Positions 57,749-64,000 of a stretch of DNA of 64,000 bases are shown here, one piece after another. Every line of letters begins with the position of its first letter. Position 1 is the stretch's first letter. The notes below the pieces were generated by a model. It searched no databases, was not told the DNA's origin, and was given only the letters and a program-made list of their open reading frames with translations. Source of the stretch: Endomicrobiales bacterium. GTDB taxonomy: Bacteria > Elusimicrobiota > Endomicrobiia > Endomicrobiales > JALOBY01. Location: NCBI GenBank assembly GCA_963796955.1, contig CAWCNJ010000006.1, positions 32,001 through 96,000 on the forward strand, read 5' to 3'. The position numbers and the translations under genes were made by a program.

Positions 57749-59271
57749 TCATGACAACTATGAAACCGGAACAAATTATCGAAGTACCGGCCGCTGATAT
57801 TCAAAACGTTATCAGCCGCATCCGCGATGAAAAGCAACTGCGCCTGAAACTGCTTACCGCTACCGACGAACGGTCGCAGCAGGGCCATTTTAAGATCTGG
57901 TACATTTTCTTAAACCCGGAAAGCCGGAGCTGGCAGATATTTTATATAACGCCCACCGGGACGGAATTCCCTTCGGTCGCACATATCCTCCATGAGGCCT
58001 GGGACTACGAAAGGAAGATACAAACATTTTTCGGTCTTACACCGGCCGGCCACCCGGACGCACGGCCTCTCCTGCTGCATGAGAATTGGCCTGAGGATCT
58101 CTTCCCGCTCAGAAAAGATTTCCCGTGGCAGACACGGCCGCCGGCAGCCAATGGCACTTATCATTTCCAGAAAGTTAAGGGCGAAGGGATTTATGAAGTT
58201 TCCGTGGGTCCGGTACACGCCGGCATAATAGAGCCGGGTTATTTTAAGATCAGCGTTGCGGGCGAAATGATGGTGCTGCTGGAGCCGCGGCTTGGCTACA
58301 CCCATAAAGGCAGCGAAAAACTATTTGAGACGCTGCCGCTTGCCAAAAAGATAAAGCTGTCGGAAAAAATATCAGGCGACAGCTCGTTCAGCCATTCGCT
58401 GGCTTTTTGCCAGGCGCTGGAGCAGCTTGCCTCCATAACCGTTCCCCGGCGTATGCGCTATCTCAGGGTAATTTACGGTGAGTTGGAGCGGTTGGCAAAC
58501 CACCTGGGCGATATCGGCGCCCTGACGCTTGATTGCGGCTATAATTTCGGCGGTGCGCAAAACGGCCGGCTGCGCGAGGTGCTGATGCAAATGAATGAAC
58601 GCCTTACCGGCAGCCGTTTTCTGCGGGGCGTGAATGTTGTCGGCGGTGTTACCAGGGATATTTCCGCTCAAGACGGTGAGAGGTTAGGTAAGGAGCTGGC
58701 AGGTATCGCGGTAGATTTTACCGAAATAATCGAAGTCATGAAAAATAGCTCGTCTCTTCTGAACCGGTTAAAGGGAGCGGGCGCGCTTCCGCACCGGCTT
58801 GCTTTCGACCGCGGTGTCCTTGGCGTAGCCGCCAAAGCGCTTGGCCTGGAGTACGACACGCGCCTTGATATGCCCTACGCCGCCTATGATGAACTGGCGC
58901 CGGAAAGGATAGAACCCGAACTGAGCGGCGATGCCTACGCCAGATTCAGTGTGCGCGTTAAAGAAGTTTATACCTCAATAAAACTTATCCAGGAGGCCCT
59001 GCGCACCCTGCCTGCAATGGACGGGCCGCTGCCGCAAAATATCGTTTTCGAAAAAAATTCCTTCGCGCTCGGCTGCGTTGAAGGCTGGCGCGGGGAAATA
59101 CTCTATTTTGTTGCCACGGACTCTCAGGGTACTATCTGCCGCGTCGCCCCGCGGGATCCGTCTTTCATCAACTGGCCGCTGCTGAAAAATTCGGCCTTCG
59201 ATAACATTATCCCCGATTTCCCGCTGATAAATAAAAGCTACAATCTGTCGTATTCCGGGAACGATCTGTAG
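57745..59271 (+). CDS. HyfG/NuoCD-like large subunit lacking Ni-binding CxxC motifs (Ehr large subunit)
   Basis: GPVHAGIIEPG, GYTHKGSEK, ELERLANH and RDPSFINW; L1 position reads EKISGDSS, L2 position reads NKSYNLSYSGNDL. Confidence 0.88.
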   Translation: MIMTTMKPEQIIEVPAADIQNVISRIRDEKQLRLKLLTATDERSQQGHFKIWYIFLNPESRSWQIFYITPTGTEFPSVAHILHEAWDYERKIQTFFGLTPAGHPDARPLLLHENWPEDLFPLRKDFPWQTRPPAANGTYHFQKVKGEGIYEVSVGPVHAGIIEPGYFKISVAGEMMVLLEPRLGYTHKGSEKLFETLPLAKKIKLSEKISGDSSFSHSLAFCQALEQLASITVPRRMRYLRVIYGELERLANHLGDIGALTLDCGYNFGGAQNGRLREVLMQMNERLTGSRFLRGVNVVGGVTRDISAQDGERLGKELAGIAVDFTEIIEVMKNSSSLLNRLKGAGALPHRLAFDRGVLGVAAKALGLEYDTRLDMPYAAYDELAPERIEPELSGDAYARFSVRVKEVYTSIKLIQEALRTLPAMDGPLPQNIVFEKNSFALGCVEGWRGEILYFVATDSQGTICRVAPRDPSFINWPLLKNSAFDNIIPDFPLINKSYNLSYSGNDL

Positions 59272-59295
59272 AAATAGCGCATAGGAGAAGCCATT

Positions 59296-60957
59296 GTGTT
59301 GCGACCGAAATTGTTCGATGTGTTCAAGTCGTACGACAGTAAAAAGTTCACGAAAGACGCGGTAGCCGGGGTGGTGGTGGGCATCGTCGCCCTGCCGCTG
59401 GCCATCGCGTTCGCCATCGCCTCCGGCGTAACGCCTGATAAAGGGCTTTACACCGCGATCGTAGCCGGTTTTCTTATCTCGGCGCTGGGCGGCAGCCGCG
59501 TGCAGATAGGCGGCCCGACGGGGGCCTTCGTGGTTATCGTCTATGGTATTATCCAGCAGCACGGCATCGACGGCTTGCTTGTGGCGACGATCATGGCCGG
59601 TATCATACTGATGATCATGGGTTTTGCCAAACTTGGCGGTGTCATAAAATTCATTCCCTACGCGGTAACGGTGGGCTTCACCCTGGGCATAGCTTTTTTA
59701 ATTTTTACCGGGCAGATAAGCGATATGCTGGGTCTCGGCCTGAGAGGCCTGCCTGCGGATTTTTTTGATAAGATGGGGATCGTTATGCGGCATGTGCCGC
59801 AATTCAGCATTTCAGCCGTTTGCATAGCCCTGGCGACTATGGCAACGATCGCCCTGTGCGGCAAAATATCCAGGCGCATACCCGGCTCGCTTATCGCTAT
59901 CATCGGCACCTCCGCCGCCGCCTATTTCCTGAAGCTGCCGGTTGAGACGATCGGTTCGCGTTTCGGCGCCATACCGCATACCCTGCCAATGCCCGTGGTC
60001 CCGCACATAAATTTCAATATGGTACGAAGCCTGATCAACCCCGCTATCACTATCGCCATGCTCGGCGCCATTGAATCGCTGCTCTCCGCGGTAGTAGCCG
60101 ACGGCATGATAGGCGGACGGCACCGTTCAAACATGGAGCTTATAGGTCAGGGCGTAGCGAACATCGTCTCGCCCCTGTTCGGCGGCCTGCCGGCGACCGG
60201 CGCTATCGCCCGTACCGCCACGAACGTTAAAAACGGCGGTCGCACACCCATAGCCGGTATCATTCACGCCATCACGTTGTTGCTGCTCATGCTGTTCTTC
60301 GGCGGCATGGCTGGGCGCATACCGCTCGCCTGCCTGGCAGGTATTCTTATGGTAGTGGCCTATCACATGTCAGAGTGGCGTTCAGCGGTCTCCATCGTAA
60401 AAACCGCCCGCACCAGCGCTTTGGTACTCATTGTCACCTTCATACTGACGGTGGCAGTAGACCTTACGGTTGCTATAGAGGTTGGCCTGTTGCTTGCGAT
60501 CGTGATATTCATCCGCAGCATGAGCATGCACACGAATATCGCCATGATCACGCCCGAAGAAGAGGATCCCGTGGCGGAAACGGATTTTGACACCACCCAG
60601 ATACTGCAAACCGTGCTGCCAAAAGGCGCCGTGCTGTATGAAGTTAACGGTCCTCTGTTCTTCGGCGCCGTCTACAAATTCCGCGAGGCGCTTGAAGGCA
60701 TAGAAAAACCGCCCAAAGTGCTGATAGTGCAAATGGAACAGGCGCCCATGATAGACGCTACCGGTACCCATCTTTTGGAAGAGACATTTCGCTCCATGAG
60801 CGCGCATGGCACCGTTTTCGTTGTCTGCTGTATGCGTCCCGCCGTACTGAACATGTTCAAACGCGCCGGCCTCTTCGACTATCTGCACGATGAGAACATC
60901 TGCGAAACCCTTGCCTGTGCCATAGCCCGCGCCCGCGCTATTTGCCTTTCTAAATAG
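59296..60957 (+). CDS. SulP/SLC26 anion transporter with STAS domain
   Basis: LPLAIAFAIASG, GGPTGAF, ESLLSAVVAD, TGAIART, GPLFFGA and IDATG motifs. Confidence 0.93.
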   Translation: MLRPKLFDVFKSYDSKKFTKDAVAGVVVGIVALPLAIAFAIASGVTPDKGLYTAIVAGFLISALGGSRVQIGGPTGAFVVIVYGIIQQHGIDGLLVATIMAGIILMIMGFAKLGGVIKFIPYAVTVGFTLGIAFLIFTGQISDMLGLGLRGLPADFFDKMGIVMRHVPQFSISAVCIALATMATIALCGKISRRIPGSLIAIIGTSAAAYFLKLPVETIGSRFGAIPHTLPMPVVPHINFNMVRSLINPAITIAMLGAIESLLSAVVADGMIGGRHRSNMELIGQGVANIVSPLFGGLPATGAIARTATNVKNGGRTPIAGIIHAITLLLLMLFFGGMAGRIPLACLAGILMVVAYHMSEWRSAVSIVKTARTSALVLIVTFILTVAVDLTVAIEVGLLLAIVIFIRSMSMHTNIAMITPEEEDPVAETDFDTTQILQTVLPKGAVLYEVNGPLFFGAVYKFREALEGIEKPPKVLIVQMEQAPMIDATGTHLLEETFRSMSAHGTVFVVCCMRPAVLNMFKRAGLFDYLHDENICETLACAIARARAICLSK

Positions 60958-61061
60958 CAGACCGGACCGGGTGAAGTTATCAACGGCCGGGTTTTTTGCC
61001 GAGTTCGGCATATTTATTGTATAATGTCGCTTCAATCGCAACTACTCTCAGGAGGACGTAC

Positions 61062-62735
61062 ATGGCCAAGATACAGGTGTCAGAATTACAGATGGAACGC
61101 TCAAAATTTAAGCCGGTTTTGCCGGCTATACTTAAGAATGGGGCCGGCTCGGTTGTGCCGAAAAAAGGGAAGATCACTAAAAGCATTTCCGACCACGAAA
61201 CAGTGAATGCCTTGTTCCCTGCAACCTACGGCTTGCCGATGATAGGGTTTTCGAAAGGCAAAAGCAATGTCGGCAAAAAGGCCGTTAAAATCGGCGTGGT
61301 TCTTTCAGGCGGGCAGGCGCCCGGCGGGCATAATGTGATAGCCGGCCTTTACGACGGCCTGAAAAAAGCCAACCCAAAAAATAAGCTTATCGGTTTCCTG
61401 GGCGGGCCTTCGGGCATTCTGGATAACAAATGGAAAGAAATTACCGGGCCTTTGATGGACGAATACCGCAATACCGGCGGTTTTGATATTATCCAGTCCG
61501 GACGCACTAAAATAGAAACCCCTGAGCAGTTCGCGCTTACAAAAAAAAATATCCTGGCCAATAAGATAGATGCTCTTGTGGTTGTCGGCGGTGACGATTC
61601 CAACACCAACGCCGCCCTGCTTGCCGAGTACTTTGTTAAAGAAGACACCGGCGTCAGCGTTGTAGGGGTGCCCAAAACGATAGACGGCGATCTGAAGAAT
61701 GATGCGATCGAAACCTCATTTGGTTTTGATACCGCCACCAAGATCTACGCCGAGATGGTGGGCAACGTTTGCCGCGACGTAAATTCCGCCCAGAAGTACT
61801 GGCACTTTGTGCGTCTTATGGGCCGCAGCGCCAGCCACATTACGCTGGAAGTCGGCTTTAAGACCCAGCCAAACGTTGTGCTTATAGGCGAGGAAGTGCT
61901 CTCCAAACAGCTGCGCTTGTCGCAGGTCGTGGAAACCATCACTGACGTTATCATCGCCCGCGCTGAAAAGAAAAAGAACTTCGGCGTCGTGCTGGTGCCC
62001 GAAGGTTTAATAGAGTTCGTGCCGGAAATGAAAGAACTAATTTCGTCCCTGAATGATGTGCTTGCCGATAACGAAGAGGCGATCAATGCCGTAAACCACA
62101 TGGATGACAAGCGGAACATCGTTTACGCCAAACTCCCTTCGCATCTTTCAGCGCTTATGAAGTCTTTGCCGGATGCGATCGAAGCCCAGCTGATGCTGGA
62201 ACGCGACCCGCACGGCAACGTACAGGTCTCTCTTATTGAGACGGAAAAATTGCTTATAGAGATGGTGAGAGAACGCCTTATGCAGCTCAAGAAACAGGGT
62301 GTATACACCGGCAAGTTCGCCGCCATAACCCATTTCTTCGGCTACGAAGGCCGCTGCGGCGCACCCAGCAACTTTGACGCGAATTATACGTACGCCCTCG
62401 GCTACAACGCCGCCGTCCTTGCGTTGAACGGCTTTACCGGCTATCTTTCATCAGTGCGCAAGCTTACCAAACCCGCAGCCCAGTGGGAATGCGGCGGTGT
62501 GCCCCTTACCATGATGATGAACATAGAGCGCCGCAAAGGCAAAGAAAAGCCGGTGATCCAAAAAGCCCTTGTCCGCCTCGACGATGCCCCCTTCAAAGAG
62601 TTGGTAAAGAACCGCGAAACCTGGGCTAAGACCGAAAGCTACCTTTTTCCCGGCCCCATCCAGTACTTCGGCCCCGCCGTTGTCACAGAAATGACGACGA
62701 AAACATTACAGTACGAACAGTCTGGAAAGAAATAA
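61062..62735 (+). CDS. pfp: Pyrophosphate-dependent phosphofructokinase (long clade)
   Basis: SGGQAPGG, GGDDSNT, PKTIDGD, MGRSASH and FGYEGR motifs; AGGAGG RBS. Confidence 0.95.
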   Translation: MAKIQVSELQMERSKFKPVLPAILKNGAGSVVPKKGKITKSISDHETVNALFPATYGLPMIGFSKGKSNVGKKAVKIGVVLSGGQAPGGHNVIAGLYDGLKKANPKNKLIGFLGGPSGILDNKWKEITGPLMDEYRNTGGFDIIQSGRTKIETPEQFALTKKNILANKIDALVVVGGDDSNTNAALLAEYFVKEDTGVSVVGVPKTIDGDLKNDAIETSFGFDTATKIYAEMVGNVCRDVNSAQKYWHFVRLMGRSASHITLEVGFKTQPNVVLIGEEVLSKQLRLSQVVETITDVIIARAEKKKNFGVVLVPEGLIEFVPEMKELISSLNDVLADNEEAINAVNHMDDKRNIVYAKLPSHLSALMKSLPDAIEAQLMLERDPHGNVQVSLIETEKLLIEMVRERLMQLKKQGVYTGKFAAITHFFGYEGRCGAPSNFDANYTYALGYNAAVLALNGFTGYLSSVRKLTKPAAQWECGGVPLTMMMNIERRKGKEKPVIQKALVRLDDAPFKELVKNRETWAKTESYLFPGPIQYFGPAVVTEMTTKTLQYEQSGKK

Positions 62736-62746
62736 GACGATTAATT

Positions 62747-62803
62747 AACAAACAACGAACCGCGTGAGACCTGTTTAGGGTTTTGCGCGGTTTTGTTTTT
62801 GTT
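62747..62803 (+). terminator. Intrinsic terminator after pfp
   Basis: AACCGCG / CGCGGTT stem with flanking A-rich and T-rich tails. Confidence 0.6.
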
Positions 62804-62821
62804 AGATGAAATAAGGTCGGT

Positions 62822-63009
62822 CTTGGCAATTTTGTACTACGTAAATCCGGCTAACCATTTCGGGATTGCGATCTTCGCCGGCTCAGAACTTGCCCCACAC
62901 CCCCATTCAAAATACTTAGGAGTGGGGCTTCAAACAGCTGAGCCGAAGGAATGAAGATCGCAACCCTCATTGGCGGTTAGAAGGATTTACTCCGCACAAA
63001 ACAGCCAAG
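62822..63009 (-). repeat. Rod-like palindromic element (CTGTTTGA/AAGTT core on minus strand)
   Basis: Nested pairs CTTGGC/GCCAAG, GTAAATCC/GGATTTAC, CTAACC/GGTTAG, TTGCGATCTTC/GAAGATCGCAA, CGGCTCAG/CTGAGCCG and GCCCCAC/GTGGGGC. Confidence 0.8.
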
Positions 63010-63034
63010 CCCTCCTATCTCTCGCAGAAAAACC

Positions 63035-63240
63035 GCGTCTCAGTGGATCCGGGTTTCCTGCAGGTCCGAACTCGATGCGTCAATGAGAGAGGTATTTTCG
63101 TTCCTTCGGGAGCGCCTGTTTGAAACCCCGCTCCGATATCTGTTGAATTTGGGGGTGCGGGGGAGAGTTCGCTCCCGCAGAAAATGCCGAACGAAATGCA
63201 TCGACTGAGGCCAGCGGGAAATCCGGATCCACTGAGACGC
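63035..63240 (+). repeat. Rod-like palindromic element with perfect 18-bp terminal IR (CTGTTTGA/GAGTT core)
   Basis: GCGTCTCAGTGGATCCGG / CCGGATCCACTGAGACGC; inner TCGATGC/GCATCGA, CGGGAGCG/CGCTCCCG and CCCCGC/GCGGGG. Confidence 0.82.
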
Positions 63241-63259
63241 CAAACGAGGAGAAATCCAA

Positions 63260-64000
63260 CTAGCGCGGGCGTTTGGTTTTGAAGTAAGGTTTGTTGTTGT
63301 GGTGTTTAGAAGATGACCGGTGCTGGGTAGCACCATGCCACGGCGCAGTTGGGTTACGTATTTCGTCTTTCTGGCGTTGTTTGCCGGAGGTGGTGCGTTC
63401 GCAGGGGATGTAGTTGCCGGCCATATCGGTACCGCAATAGTACATTAACGATGATTTGGTGGAAGGGGTGGGAGTAAATATTTGTACCTGTTCAGGCATA
63501 ATTTTGAGGCCGCCTTTAAGGAAATCTTTCAGGCGCAGCATGTGGCTCATGGTGCAGCCGGGGTGCGCGGCCATTAAATAGTAGGTCATGAAATATTTCT
63601 TGCTTTGCTTTTTGCATTCCTCGTCGAAGGCAGTTTTAAAGCGCATAAGGGGTTTTATAGTCGGTTTGCCCATAAGCGTCAGAACATCATTGTCGTAATG
63701 CTCTGGCGCCAGTTTTATCTGGCCCGAGACATGAAAACCTACCAGCTGGGCTATGTAGGCGGGGCCCCATTTTTTGTCGGCATCAACGATGTCGTGGCGG
63801 ATACCGGAAGAAATGAATACTTTTTTAATTCCCGGTAACAGTAACAAGCGTTTAAGCAAATCTATTTGCTGCTGGTGACCGAAGGAAAGGTTAGGGCATA
63901 CCTGCGGCAGAAGGCAGTGGCGGTTAAGGCAGGGCGAGCCGCCTTTGTTACAAAGACTGGCGAACATATTCGCCGTCGCGCCGCCTACGTCATAAATGAT
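63260..64000 (-). CDS. ygiQ: YgiQ-family radical SAM protein, C-terminal part (5' end outside window)
   Basis: DVGGATANM at the window edge; KKVFISSGIRHD, HVSGQIKLAPEH, AAHPGC and EQVQIFTPTP motifs. Confidence 0.88.
   Translation of the reverse strand: MIYDVGGATANMFASLCNKGGSPCLNRHCLLPQVCPNLSFGHQQQIDLLKRLLLLPGIKKVFISSGIRHDIVDADKKWGPAYIAQLVGFHVSGQIKLAPEHYDNDVLTLMGKPTIKPLMRFKTAFDEECKKQSKKYFMTYYLMAAHPGCTMSHMLRLKDFLKGGLKIMPEQVQIFTPTPSTKSSLMYYCGTDMAGNYIPCERTTSGKQRQKDEIRNPTAPWHGATQHRSSSKHHNNKPYFKTKRPR

Noticed and set aside
57745..59271. Functional NiFe hydrogenase-4 / formate hydrogenlyase
   Set aside because: Both Ni-binding CxxC motifs are absent, and there are no hyp maturation or fdh genes nearby.
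34348..60957. Integrase-mediated genomic island at tRNA-Gln
   Set aside because: Accessory genes follow the tRNA, but I found no integrase and no duplicated tRNA 3' end in the window.
63040..63336. 98-aa minus-strand ORF
   Set aside because: It overlaps the ygiQ end and the palindromic element and has no protein-like features.

Overview
A 64 kb bacterial chromosomal window. The gene repertoire suggests an uncultured anaerobe, possibly Elusimicrobiota, but this is inference only. It opens inside or at the start of a giant (>=3240 aa) modular protein built from repeated 'HE...AAH...LTL' scaffold modules interleaved with cargo domains (DUF218-like, beta-repeat, kinase-like, degenerate glycogen-enzyme-like). 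Core genes follow: an aspartate aminotransferase, rplU-rpmA-obg, envelope genes, system II cytochrome c biogenesis, PBP1A, a two-component/FecR/GGDEF cluster, an M23 peptidase, hisG, gltX and tRNA-Gln(CUG). The accessory region after the tRNA carries a Pls/PosA-family NRPS-like synthetase with a PPTase, a Y1/RAYT-type HUH transposase bounded by perfect 32-bp terminal inverted repeats (one split by an IS3 insertion), msrAB with an arsenosugar-type (ArsS) cluster, and a hydrogenase-4/Ehr-like membrane complex plus SulP. That complex lacks the Ni-binding cysteines, and three of the four Fe-S cysteines of its small subunit are Asp. PPi-PFK and a partial YgiQ radical SAM gene close the window. Notable non-coding signals: a covarying, pseudoknot-capable leader motif repeated before rplU (tandem) and obg, and a family of long rod-like palindromes sharing a TGTTTGA/[stem-loop]/GAGTT core. 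All calls are by-eye motif recognition; no database searches were run.
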